Notes: generated by a model not told the origin, from the sequence alone. Shown: positions 19,396 through 28,566, numbered from the stretch's first letter. The stretch: DNA of 64,000 nucleotides from an uncultured bacterium (GCA_963826535.1 CAWGXL010000011.1:642080-706079), one strand, 5' to 3'. Translations and numbers: made by a program.

Positions 19396-19968
19396 TTATA
19401 GTATGCCGACATAGTCAGCAGTAACCAAAGTACGCAACTCATCGAGAAAACCCTCACAAGTATATAAACTTAGTTGATTGTTGTCTGATAAAATAGCTTC
19501 TATATTTGTAGGCAAAACTTTTGATTTACTGCGAACAGAATAGAGATAGGTGTTTTTATTTGTACTCACAGCAATTGCCGCACCATTACTTAAAGTATGT
19601 AAATTACCAAACAGACTATCACGATTATGTGCGTATATGATAACGTTTCCAAGGCCGGGGGATTTAGAAGTAGAAAGCCATGCGGCTTTATCATCATAAA
19701 GCGTCCAAATCTCGTCACTTATCACGCCCGGAGCAACAGGCAAGTCTACATTAATTGAAGGAATAATAATTTGTAAAGGAGTTTCATTCTTAATTTCTTT
19801 TAAATTGTTTTCAATTTTCTCAAGAACCTTCTTGTTTTTTTCGGAAGCAACTACTTTTTGTTGTACAAAATACCATTCCGGGTATAATTTTATAACCAAA
19901 AGCGCCACCATACATGAGGTAAGTCCGAAAATGATAATTTGTAGCAGGAGGTCATTCTTTTTCGACAT
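19396..19968 (-). CDS. Sortase-family transpeptidase
   Basis: N-terminal TM; catalytic His (IYAHNRD) and TLYTCEG Cys motif. Confidence 0.75.
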   Translation of the reverse strand: MSKKNDLLLQIIIFGLTSCMVALLVIKLYPEWYFVQQKVVASEKNKKVLEKIENNLKEIKNETPLQIIIPSINVDLPVAPGVISDEIWTLYDDKAAWLSTSKSPGLGNVIIYAHNRDSLFGNLHTLSNGAAIAVSTNKNTYLYSVRSKSKVLPTNIEAILSDNNQLSLYTCEGFLDELRTLVTADYVGIL

Positions 19969-20296
19969 TTCTCATCACTTTAAAACCTATAAAAAATAAA
20001 CTTATAGCAGCTATAGAGGCAAATAGCCATTTCGTAAGATCACGTTCGAAACCTGTTTCTCCTAATTTGGTGGCAGCACCGAGAACTTTTTTCTTTTCAT
20101 CAGCCGCCGGCGATGCAGTTTTGCTGGGTGTAGCAGAATTTGTAGTAGCATTTGTCGGGGTTGGTGTCGCAGTATCAGTTGGTGACACAGTCAATGTTGC
20201 AGTTGGGCTAGCTGTCTGTGCATAAACACTGCCTGTTAAGAAACAAGATAATAATATAAAAGCTAAAAATGAATACAAGCCCACGGTTTTACGCAT
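19952..20296 (-). CDS. Pro/Thr-rich secreted protein with a C-terminal sorting-signal-like tail
   Basis: Signal peptide and PT-rich linker. The C-terminus reads KLGETGFE, then a hydrophobic stretch and a basic tail (KVMRNVEKE), resembling an LPXTG-type signal. Confidence 0.5.
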   Translation of the reverse strand: MRKTVGLYSFLAFILLSCFLTGSVYAQTASPTATLTVSPTDTATPTPTNATTNSATPSKTASPAADEKKKVLGAATKLGETGFERDLTKWLFASIAAISLFFIGFKVMRNVEKE

Positions 20297-20410
20297 TTGG
20301 TAATATCATATCAAATTAGGTACATATTATGTCAAGATTTATCAATTTGTATTAATTTAATTAATTAATGCAAGGATTGACGCGAATGTTGTATAATAGC
20401 AGGGGATTTT

Positions 20411-20482
20411 GGGTCGCTAGTTCATTGGTAGAACGTCTATCTGATAAGTAGAAAGTGCGTGGTTCGATTCCACGGCGACCCA
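20411..20482 (+). tRNA. tRNA-Ile (anticodon GAU)
   Basis: GGGTCGC/GCGACCC acceptor, anticodon loop CT-GAT-AA, CGTGG-TTCGATT-CCACG T-arm. Confidence 0.8.
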
Positions 20483-20623
20483 CAAACTAAGCGTGGATGT
20501 CTGCATAGTTACTATAGGTTTCATTATTACCTCAGATTTGATATAATCTGCTTCGTGGCTGAAAGAAACCGGCATGTACCATTTCCAGAGTTAGTAGGAA
20601 AAGGAAGTTCATTAGAAGGACTT

Positions 20624-21412
20624 GTGATCGCTATGGCAGAGAACAGATTTCTTCCATATACACAACTTCCTCAAACAATTTCTGCAGCTCAAATAGAAAC
20701 TTATGCAAATTGGATATCACAATTAACAGAACAAGATCCAAAAAGCGCAGAGCGAGGTGCAGTTCTGCATGTCCGGGCTGATAATAAACGAATCATTTTC
20801 CCATCCAATCCTGATGTGGGAGATGAAGGAAGTAGCGGTTGGGTTATTTCAAAAAAACGCAATAGATTTATCCCGATAATTGACGTTCACTCACATGCAA
20901 CAGATGTCTGTCATTCTGGACCTCGCGGTGATTTAGGGACACTTATTGCAGGATTGACAGAAGATAATTTTGTTCCGGCAGGTAGATTGGTTGCTACTCC
21001 CGGACATAATTATTTGATGATTAAAAGTCAGGAAACAGAGATTGTAGACGATATATGGGATATTTATGACAAAATTGGTAGAGTTCGGGATCATAAACAG
21101 GCTAATGAAGAGTTTATGCAATTTCGCAGATTTGGAAGTAGCTTGGGTCGGGGGATGCAAGACACAAGCAAATATTGGAAAATTTACGAACAAGCAGAGC
21201 AACAGACTTTTGTCCCTAATGGCTTTGGTAGTTATTACGATAATTTTATCAATGCAATAACTATTGCTGAAATATACAATCTCGGGTTTTATAAATCCAA
21301 AAAGGATGGGGAGTATGTACGCTTTACGAGACTGCAAGTAATGGAGCATATTAAGAATGAATTTGATGCTGCACTCACGAAAGCTCATATGAAAATGCAA
21401 TTTTCATTGTAG
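20624..21412 (+). CDS. Hypothetical protein
   Basis: The listed ORF start overlaps the tRNA. The start was moved to GTG 20624 (AGAAGGA SD) or ATG 20634. Confidence 0.4.
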   Translation: MIAMAENRFLPYTQLPQTISAAQIETYANWISQLTEQDPKSAERGAVLHVRADNKRIIFPSNPDVGDEGSSGWVISKKRNRFIPIIDVHSHATDVCHSGPRGDLGTLIAGLTEDNFVPAGRLVATPGHNYLMIKSQETEIVDDIWDIYDKIGRVRDHKQANEEFMQFRRFGSSLGRGMQDTSKYWKIYEQAEQQTFVPNGFGSYYDNFINAITIAEIYNLGFYKSKKDGEYVRFTRLQVMEHIKNEFDAALTKAHMKMQFSL

Positions 21413-21427
21413 TATAATACTAGAGCT

Positions 21428-21994
21428 ATGACTGATAAAAGACATATCACACTTACGCACCTCAACGTCAGGCAAAGTATTTCTATTTTACTTACTAAGC
21501 TTGTGCTTATTGATCTGCTTATAGCTGTGATCGTTTTAATATATTATTTCGCAGTAATTCAAGGGGAGCAATTTATAAAAGGGATTAGTGCTAATAACAC
21601 TATATTTATTTTAGTTTTTACTATTATTGGATTTTTAAAAATATTGGCTTCAAGTTACGTAATTCTTAAGTGGTTACATGAGTATTATGAAATAACTCCG
21701 GAACATGTAGTGCATAAACATGGGATTATTTTTAAAAAGAGTGAAAATTACAGGCTAAATCTAGTCAGGGTGATGAGCGTAGAAGATTCGTTTTTTGGTG
21801 AATTATTGAATTACGCAACTATTACTTTGTATGATATAAGGCTCAAAAAATATCTTGATATGTATCTGGTACATAATGCGCGGCGTTATGCAAAAATCTT
21901 AAAAGAGATAAAGCCGGATTTAGAAATTAAAGAGGATCATGTTTGGTTGCCGTTTAAAAAGGTAGAGGATATTGGGACATTGGAGAAGAAATAA
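21428..21994 (+). CDS. Membrane protein with bacterial PH (YdbS/YdbT-like) domain
   Basis: Two N-terminal TM helices followed by a bPH-like fold. Confidence 0.45.
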   Translation: MTDKRHITLTHLNVRQSISILLTKLVLIDLLIAVIVLIYYFAVIQGEQFIKGISANNTIFILVFTIIGFLKILASSYVILKWLHEYYEITPEHVVHKHGIIFKKSENYRLNLVRVMSVEDSFFGELLNYATITLYDIRLKKYLDMYLVHNARRYAKILKEIKPDLEIKEDHVWLPFKKVEDIGTLEKK

Positions 21995-22180
21995 TAGTTT
22001 CTGGTTTTTCCCGCTTTTTCATCTTCTTCTTCTTGTTTCAAGAGAAAACTAGTGTATGTCACTGGGTAATTTCCCCTAACTATCTCTTTGGCACTAATAG
22101 TGATAGTCTTTGTTTTGACCTAGTCAATAACTACCAAGCCGACTCTTGCTTATAATTACTCTTCAGCTTATAATCAATTT

Positions 22181-23101
22181 GTGAAAAATCCTTCCTCACC
22201 ACAGCCAGTAAATCAAGATCATACTCTTACGCGGGTAATTAATGAAATAAGCAGCAATGCTGTAATACGTCAAGAATTGATGCAGAGGCTTGAGCAGAAA
22301 ACTAAACGGAATCTAATTACATATGTTTCTTCTTTTGCAAATCATCCAGCTGCACTAGTAAATGATGGCGATGCTGAGATAATTGAGAATATTTTGAGGG
22401 CTTATGGACATTTAGATAATTTAGACCTTTTAATTCATAGTCCTGGCGGTTTTGCTGAATCTGCTGAGAGAATTATTCAAGTAGTCTATACTTACTGTGA
22501 TGATTTGAGGGTTATAGTTCCAAAACAAGCAAAAAGTGCAGCAACTATGATAGAAATGGGAGCAAGTAAAATTGTAATGAGCGATACGTCTGAAATAGGA
22601 CCAATTGATCCACAAATTATTTATCAAAATTTGGGACAACAAATAGCAGTGCAATCAATTATTAAAGCATATAATCAGATTAGAGAAGAGATAGCCGGAA
22701 AGCAATTAAGAGGAGAAAATTATGATGCGGAATTAGTGCAACTTTCAAAGATAGATCCTATACTTTTGCGTGAATCACAAAAACATATGGATTTAGCAAA
22801 AGATATCGCTGTTAAATTGCTAAATAAAAAAATGTTTGCAAAAAAGAAGATAGAGAAAAAGGATGCAGAGAAATTTGTAGATGATAGCGAAACCTTTTCG
22901 CATGGAAGATTAATTGATTGGAAAACTGCACAGGATAAATTAGGTTTAAAAATAGTACATCAGGATAAATTTGACGATGAATGGAAATTGATTTGGGAGA
23001 TATATATAAGAACAACTGCTGCAATTAATCAACACAGATTTGCAAAATTAATAGAAGATAAGAATCATTCACTAACAACGGGTGTATTACCTAAAGGATA
23101 A
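22181..23101 (+). CDS. SDH-family Clp-fold serine peptidase
   Basis: LLIHSPGGFAESAERII matches the Clp-fold SPGG serine motif. Confidence 0.55.
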   Translation: MKNPSSPQPVNQDHTLTRVINEISSNAVIRQELMQRLEQKTKRNLITYVSSFANHPAALVNDGDAEIIENILRAYGHLDNLDLLIHSPGGFAESAERIIQVVYTYCDDLRVIVPKQAKSAATMIEMGASKIVMSDTSEIGPIDPQIIYQNLGQQIAVQSIIKAYNQIREEIAGKQLRGENYDAELVQLSKIDPILLRESQKHMDLAKDIAVKLLNKKMFAKKKIEKKDAEKFVDDSETFSHGRLIDWKTAQDKLGLKIVHQDKFDDEWKLIWEIYIRTTAAINQHRFAKLIEDKNHSLTTGVLPKG

Positions 23102-23410
23102 AACTATTCCGGTTTGATTTCCTGGCAATATTTGTAACCGTTCTTCTATTTTTTGTTTTTCAATGCCAGTAGTAGATAATTTTTCTAACTTTTCTATTTT
23201 TTGAATCAATGCAATAACTTCTTCTGTACGCTGAGCTGGAGCTGGAGCTGAATACTTTTGACTTGATTTTTTAGGTTTATTTTTATTCATAGTTAATCAT
23301 TATATCATATATTTAACACTACAATTATTATAAAGTAAATGAGTAAAAATACTGTAATCATTTAATAAGTTTTATATTGCTTGGTGTAAATAATTCGTGG
23401 TGAGAAAGGT

Positions 23411-24094
23411 TTATTCTCCGTTTATGATATAAGGGCTAGTGTAGGTTGGGCCGAGAGGAGGGGCTGATGATGTTGTTGGATTGTATTGGAATATTGTTGG
23501 TTGGGTAGATACGGGAATATTGACTGGTGAAGTTGAATTGATGGGGAAGATGCCAAATTCAATAATCTCTTTAGTTTCATTAGTAACATTAGTCAGGACG
23601 CGCGGATTGGTGTTGATGGTTTTATAGTCTCCGGGGAGATCTAATTGGAGTATAAAAGTTAGTCCTTCGACAAGCTCAGGATCGATAGATGCTTCATCTC
23701 TGTTCAGCGGGGCTGGCGCAGATTGTGGGGATGAAAAACTGTATTTAAAATATCCATTCTCGTCTGTTACCAGTGCAGTAATTAGGTCTTGCGTTTGATA
23801 TGTTTTGACTGCATTTTTATTGGTTTGAGTTATTTTTAGTGGGATACCTATTGCTGCTTTTTCTGCATAGTTTCTTTGGCCATCTTGATTTTGATCAAGG
23901 TATACATATCCTGAGACGAACCCGTATCCTTTTTGCGGAGCTAGTAGATCGGGAGTGGGTTGAAAGACAGCTGCTCTTTGCCTAATATCTTGCCTTTCTT
24001 GTGATATAAATATTACAAGAGGGATGGCTAGGATAAGAACAAGACAAGAAAATAACCCCATTATTGAAGCGTGAGATGATAAAAGCTTTTTCAT
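23411..24094 (-). CDS. Secreted protein with SdrD-B/Cna-B-like domain
   Basis: Signal anchor and a YLDQNQDGQRNYAE calcium-binding-like motif; PT-rich C-terminus. Confidence 0.45.
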   Translation of the reverse strand: MKKLLSSHASIMGLFSCLVLILAIPLVIFISQERQDIRQRAAVFQPTPDLLAPQKGYGFVSGYVYLDQNQDGQRNYAEKAAIGIPLKITQTNKNAVKTYQTQDLITALVTDENGYFKYSFSSPQSAPAPLNRDEASIDPELVEGLTFILQLDLPGDYKTINTNPRVLTNVTNETKEIIEFGIFPINSTSPVNIPVSTQPTIFQYNPTTSSAPPLGPTYTSPYIINGE

Positions 24095-24161
24095 GACTTC
24101 TTTAATTATACCTCTGCGCTTTCAAAATGCAAAAGGAAATTTAAAAAAATTTGACAAAAAG

Positions 24162-24187
24162 CTTATAGTTGTGATATAAAGCTAATC
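24162..24187 (+). promoter_or_regulatory. Near-consensus sigma-70 promoter (TTGACA-N17-ATATAA) ending about 8 nt before the DGR target ATG
   Basis: tttgacaaaaagcttatagttgtgatataaagc. Confidence 0.45.
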
Positions 24188-24188
24188 T

Positions 24189-24950
24189 ATGTCAGCGAGT
24201 TTAGAAACACTAGGTAAATTATTTGCAGAAAGAGGTTATCAGACTTTGGCTAGAAGATTAATGGAAGAGGCACAAGGCTTTAGGGAAGCAGGCGGTCCTG
24301 AAGAATTGCATGTTAAACCTGACCCCATAGTTTTAGTATCAACTCCCAGTGAAAGAGTAGAAGGTTTAAAAGCTCCAGTAGTTGAGGCGCTTACTGAAAT
24401 TCAACGACTTTCTCCTGAACAGGTTTTGGGGCTAAGAGCAGTGGAATTTGATTTCGTTGTTCCGACCTATTCAAAATCAATGGAGCAATTAGTTCTAGAA
24501 GGACGCGGACGCTTTGGATATGTTAATGAATCAGCATCTTTCCGCAGCATTGTTGCTCCTGCAGCAGAAGTTGCTGTACGGTCGAAAAATTTAGCTATTC
24601 CCGGAAGCAATAATCTTTCTCTTGATGATCAACGTCAAATGGTAGCAGATTTTGAGAGCGCAGCAAGGAAAAAAAGAATGCCAAAGGGAGCAACTCTTAC
24701 AGGAATAACTTTTGGATTAGATCATGCTTCAACTCATACACAAATAGATTTTAGCTTTCAAGATCAAAATAAGGGTCGATTTCTTTATGAAGGTATGTTT
24801 GCCCGTACTGAAGATCCAACGTCTGGCTTCAACGTTGCGGATGTTGGTCGTTCTCCGGGCGATTCTGGGCTCGACGTCGGTGTTTGGGATCGCCACGGCT
24901 ATCGCCGCGTTTGGGCTGTTCCTGTGGCACGCCCAACTGGAAATAGATAA
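24189..24950 (+). CDS. DGR target protein (variable protein) with the variable repeat in its last ~40 codons
   Basis: The C-terminal coding sequence is the variable repeat, which differs from the cognate template repeat only at template adenines. Confidence 0.7.
   Translation: MSASLETLGKLFAERGYQTLARRLMEEAQGFREAGGPEELHVKPDPIVLVSTPSERVEGLKAPVVEALTEIQRLSPEQVLGLRAVEFDFVVPTYSKSMEQLVLEGRGRFGYVNESASFRSIVAPAAEVAVRSKNLAIPGSNNLSLDDQRQMVADFESAARKKRMPKGATLTGITFGLDHASTHTQIDFSFQDQNKGRFLYEGMFARTEDPTSGFNVADVGRSPGDSGLDVGVWDRHGYRRVWAVPVARPTGNR
24821..24930 (+). repeat. DGR variable repeat (VR)
   Basis: 110 bp aligned without gaps to the template repeat at 25243..25352. 15 mismatches, all at adenines of the template; the 3' 19 bp are identical and A-free (IMH-like). 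Confidence 0.85.
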
Positions 24951-25242
24951 TTGGTTTTTTGTTAATTTTGTCTTCTTGTTTTTTGGTTTTTCGAAAAAAT
25001 TTGCTACAATCAACTAAATAGGCAATGCAAGATTAAACACGCTTTGATTTTCGCCTATCTCTAGAACTTTCAGTAGTCAGGACTACGTTCATTCAAACTG
25101 AATGTGGGCGTACTTAAAGAAAGCCTTGCTAGACACTGCGAATACCACTCTTTTTCCGTTTATTTGGCGGATATATAAAATACAAGAGAGACTTTATAGA
25201 ATCTCTGGTGCTAATGGCTTAACGGAGAGGTATCCAATAAAG

Positions 25243-25352
25243 GTCTGACTTCAACGTTGCGGATGTTGGTCGTAATCCGGGCAATTCTAAGCTCAACGTC
25301 AATGATTGGAATCGCCACGGCAATCACAACGTTTGGGCTGTTCCTGTGGTAG
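25243..25352 (+). repeat. DGR template repeat (TR)
   Basis: Intergenic copy of the VR. AAT/AAC codons occur in frame at the variable sites (NPGNSKLNVNDWNRHGNHN). Confidence 0.85.
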
Positions 25353-25370
25353 TTTCTGGTACGGTATTTA

Positions 25371-25760
25371 TTATTGAGGAGAGTTTTGCTTGGTGGCCCT
25401 TATCCAGCCGCCAAGCATTTTTCCTATTTCTTGGAGTAATGCTTGGAGATTTATATACTTTTTATCTGTTATTGCTTGGCTATCTTTACCAAGTCGCAGA
25501 AGAACTTTGAGAAGATCAAGTTTTATGCTTATTCGTTTAAGAATAGTTACTTTATTTTCTGAAATAGGAATTGCAAAAAGCAATTCCATCATTTCCAAAG
25601 TTATATTATCAAGTTTCTGTCCAAGCGTGTAACGTTTGGTTTTGGGGAAACTTACTATTGTGTGGGTTAGGGTGTTGTAAAACTCATAAAGTTTGGTAAA
25701 TATGGGGATATCTAAGCCTACTATAGGTGTGTGTGTGTGTGTGTGATTATCTTTATTCAT
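25371..25760 (-). CDS. avd: DGR accessory variability determinant (Avd-like four-helix-bundle protein)
   Basis: ~129 aa. The C-terminus EIGKMLGGWIRATKQN parallels Bordetella phage bAvd EVGRILGSWIARVN. Helical heptad pattern throughout. Confidence 0.7.
   Translation of the reverse strand: MNKDNHTHTHTPIVGLDIPIFTKLYEFYNTLTHTIVSFPKTKRYTLGQKLDNITLEMMELLFAIPISENKVTILKRISIKLDLLKVLLRLGKDSQAITDKKYINLQALLQEIGKMLGGWIRATKQNSPQ
25727..25745. repeat. (GT)9 dinucleotide microsatellite at the avd 5' end / avd-RT divergent region
   Basis: gtgtgtgtgtgtgtgtgtg. It encodes HTHTHT if the avd ATG at 25760 is used. Confidence 0.8.
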
Positions 25761-25767
25761 AGCTAAA

Positions 25768-26787
25768 ATGAATGATTATTTACAGCTTATCTCAATTGAA
25801 AACATTTTTCAAGCATGGAGCGAGTTTCGTGTGGGCAAAAGAAAGAGGCAAGATGTGCAAGTCTTTGAAAGACATCTGGAAGATAATTTGTTTGAGCTTC
25901 AAGCTTTATTAAAAAACAAAACCTACAAACATGGAGGCTATCAATCTTTTTATGTCAATGATCCCAAGAGGCGGCATATCCATAAAGCAATTGTGGCAGA
26001 CAGAATAATTCACCATCTTCTTTATAAGTTTTTATACGCTTTGTTTGATAAGAATTTTATTTACGATTCATATTCGTGCCGTATAGACAAAGGCACACAT
26101 AAGGCAGTCAAGAGGCTGGAAAATTTTACAAGAATTGTCAGTAAAAATTATACAGGGCATTGCTGGGCGCTAAAATGTGATATAAAAAAATTTTTTGCAA
26201 GCGTTGATCACCGGATTTTGTTAAGTTTACTAAAAAGAAAAATAGCGGATCAAGATATTCTTTGGCTTTTAGCAGAGGTAATTGGGAGTTTTAATTCAGA
26301 TAAGGGGACGTATAAAGGAATTCCGCTTGGTAACTTAACAAGTCAAATATTTGCCAATATCTATATGAATGAATTGGATCAGTTTATTAAACACGATTTG
26401 AGAGCGATATATTATCTTCGCTATGCCGATGATTTTATATTATTGTCTGAGAATAAAAATATTTTGTATCCATGGATCAATACATCACGACAATTTCTTC
26501 AAACAAAATTAAAATTGGAGCTTCATCCAAAGAAAATAATATTGAGAAAACTTGATTGGGGAATCGATTTTTTAGGCTACATTGTTTTGCCGTATTACAT
26601 TCTGCCAAGAACAAAAACAAAACGAAGAATGTTTAAGAAATTGCAAGAAAAGATTGGATCAGATAATTTTAATGAATCACTGCAATCATATTTGGGTTAC
26701 CTAAAGCATGCCAATAGTTACAAGTTGAAAAATAAATTAAAAAACAAGATTTGGTTTTGGAATACTTCAATCGAACTGAATAGTTAA
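25768..26787 (+). CDS. Diversity-generating retroelement reverse transcriptase
   Basis: RYADDFILL (YxDD) catalytic box and the DGR-specific GIPLGNLTSQIFANIYM motif (LGxxxSQ replaces QGxxxSP). ~339 aa. Confidence 0.9.
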   Translation: MNDYLQLISIENIFQAWSEFRVGKRKRQDVQVFERHLEDNLFELQALLKNKTYKHGGYQSFYVNDPKRRHIHKAIVADRIIHHLLYKFLYALFDKNFIYDSYSCRIDKGTHKAVKRLENFTRIVSKNYTGHCWALKCDIKKFFASVDHRILLSLLKRKIADQDILWLLAEVIGSFNSDKGTYKGIPLGNLTSQIFANIYMNELDQFIKHDLRAIYYLRYADDFILLSENKNILYPWINTSRQFLQTKLKLELHPKKIILRKLDWGIDFLGYIVLPYYILPRTKTKRRMFKKLQEKIGSDNFNESLQSYLGYLKHANSYKLKNKLKNKIWFWNTSIELNS

Positions 26788-26868
26788 GATAATTTTGAGT
26801 ATCCCCCACCTGTATTTTTTCGTAATTGTTAAGGATTGCCAAAGGGATATTTATTTGTGCCTACTGGA

Positions 26869-26886
26869 TTCCCGCGTTCGCGGGAA
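26869..26886. repeat. Perfect 18-bp palindrome TTCCCGCGTTCGCGGGAA (second copy at 39224..39241)
   Basis: Both copies lie just downstream of a stop codon and are followed by TGACA. Confidence 0.6.
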
Positions 26887-26975
26887 TGACATGGCTAGAA
26901 AATGTAAGTTTTGTTAAATCCTGGGCGATTAAATTTTTCCAGCTTAGATAGTCAATGGCTGACGTGTTATAATTT

Positions 26976-27722
26976 ATGGTTGTGGATATTAAAAAAACCA
27001 GTGAATATGTTTTGTGTAATATTGTAGAGGCCCGCGAGGGGAGGAAGTGTGTTGATGGGAGGTATCTGCCCACTCAAGGGGGCGGGATGATTGCAAGACC
27101 CGGCGGGGATTTCGGGTACGTGATGGCACTTTTGGCGTTAAATAGACAAAAGAAATTGGGCTTAAGTCCTGAGCAGTGCTTTGAAGCTGTATATGCTGTT
27201 GTAAGTCAGAAGGGGGATGGCCATTTTTATATGCATACCGATCATCATGCAGACCCGGATGCTTCTACTCATAAGGGGCTTATTGGTTGCGGGCATTTAG
27301 CTAAGGCTGCAGACGCAGCAATATCCGCAAAATATGGTGTAGATGCCCAAGAAATAGTGCAGCTGGTTAATTACGCGCGGAATATTGCCCATGTAATGCC
27401 AACTATGGAGATTGTTAATTTGGAGGGCGAACATAATGAGGAAGGTGTTCTTGTTATAAATAGTGACCAATATACGGTGAATGCTGAAGATCCGAATTTG
27501 GGATGGATGTATTTTATTTATGATGCAGCGCGGGATACAGAATATCTTAAATATTTAGTTGGTGAGCTTAATATTGGCGGGGTGAGTTTTGAGGAGATGA
27601 AGAAAGAGTCGGATTTACAGCTCTCAGCGACATTGCATAATTTGGCGAAGGGGCTGCCGATTTATAAGGTAAGTTTTGAGGGGAAAACGCCAAGCGTTGT
27701 CTTCGATTCCTTCGTCCAGTAG
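26976..27722 (+). CDS. Hypothetical protein in a GC-richer block downstream of the DGR
   Basis: ORF with TTATAAT 2 nt upstream of the ATG; no recognisable domain. Confidence 0.4.
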   Translation: MVVDIKKTSEYVLCNIVEAREGRKCVDGRYLPTQGGGMIARPGGDFGYVMALLALNRQKKLGLSPEQCFEAVYAVVSQKGDGHFYMHTDHHADPDASTHKGLIGCGHLAKAADAAISAKYGVDAQEIVQLVNYARNIAHVMPTMEIVNLEGEHNEEGVLVINSDQYTVNAEDPNLGWMYFIYDAARDTEYLKYLVGELNIGGVSFEEMKKESDLQLSATLHNLAKGLPIYKVSFEGKTPSVVFDSFVQ

Positions 27723-27810
27723 TTGTTTACAGTGCGGAGTTCTACCTAGGCCGTTTAATTGTACCTCTAGTTTTGTTGACAAGTAAGTTATAGTTTGATA
27801 CATTCCAAAC

Positions 27811-28521
27811 GTGTCTAGAAATTTAATAGAAGTGCTTAAGGGGAAAGGTGCAGAATTTACAGGGTACAAAACTCCGGAGCAACGATTGCGCGGTGTGGTT
27901 GAAGAATATGGACATGAGAAACATACTCCTAGTTTAGTAAACAGATTTTTGTTTGCGCAGGGTGAGGTTTGGGAGGAGAAATTACGCAACGCCGGAGAAC
28001 GGGTGAGTCTTACAATTTCACCCTACTTAGGAACACAAGAAGAACTAGCCCGATCTGAGGCTGGTGGAGATGGGGTTATAGTGGTTCCAGATGAGCTTTC
28101 AACTCAAGCAACTAGATATCGTCTTGGATTGCTTTACCCTGGAATGCGGAGCTATTCTGTGCAAAGAATAAATCCTGTTGAAAATCTATATGATCAAAAA
28201 GGACTGTTATATATAGAAATGACAGAAGATGCTCCAGACCTCGGCACAACACAGAGTGAACTTCTCTACAAGTATAAAGCAGCTGGAAGAATAGGTCTTA
28301 CATTAAATGCTTATATAATTGGTTCTCAAACTTACTATTTGCTAAACGGAAAATCTTTTGACCGAATGACTTGTTCACGTTTGCTGGGTTCGTCCGGCCG
28401 TGGCCAGGCGGCGGTTTGCGCCAATATATCTCCGCGTGGCAACTTGTATATAAATCGGCATGTGGACCCTGACATTCCTAATCGTTATATGGGTGGGCGT
28501 TCTGCATTGGAAGTGAAATAA
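27811..28521 (+). CDS. Hypothetical protein
   Basis: ORF; GC-richer composition like its neighbours. Confidence 0.4.
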   Translation: MSRNLIEVLKGKGAEFTGYKTPEQRLRGVVEEYGHEKHTPSLVNRFLFAQGEVWEEKLRNAGERVSLTISPYLGTQEELARSEAGGDGVIVVPDELSTQATRYRLGLLYPGMRSYSVQRINPVENLYDQKGLLYIEMTEDAPDLGTTQSELLYKYKAAGRIGLTLNAYIIGSQTYYLLNGKSFDRMTCSRLLGSSGRGQAAVCANISPRGNLYINRHVDPDIPNRYMGGRSALEVK

Positions 28522-28566
28522 TGAATTAACCCTCTGATTTCTTGTCCGCTTTGAAAATGTCTATGA

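Noticed and set aside
20459-20623. 5' extension of ORF 20459..21412 reaching into tRNA-Ile
   Set aside because: It overlaps the tRNA. The start was moved to the GTG/ATG at 20624/20634, which has an SD-like AGAAGGA.
24951-25242. Possible additional gene or second VR between the target gene and the TR
   Set aside because: No ORF is present and there is no similarity to the TR. The region contains an extended -10-like TGCTACAAT and structured sequence, likely the TR transcript 5' region.
25768-26787. The RT could be a group II intron or retron RT
   Set aside because: No maturase/endonuclease domains or intron RNA structure are present. The DGR-specific LGNLTSQ motif, an adjacent Avd-like gene and an A-mutagenised repeat pair identify it as a DGR RT.
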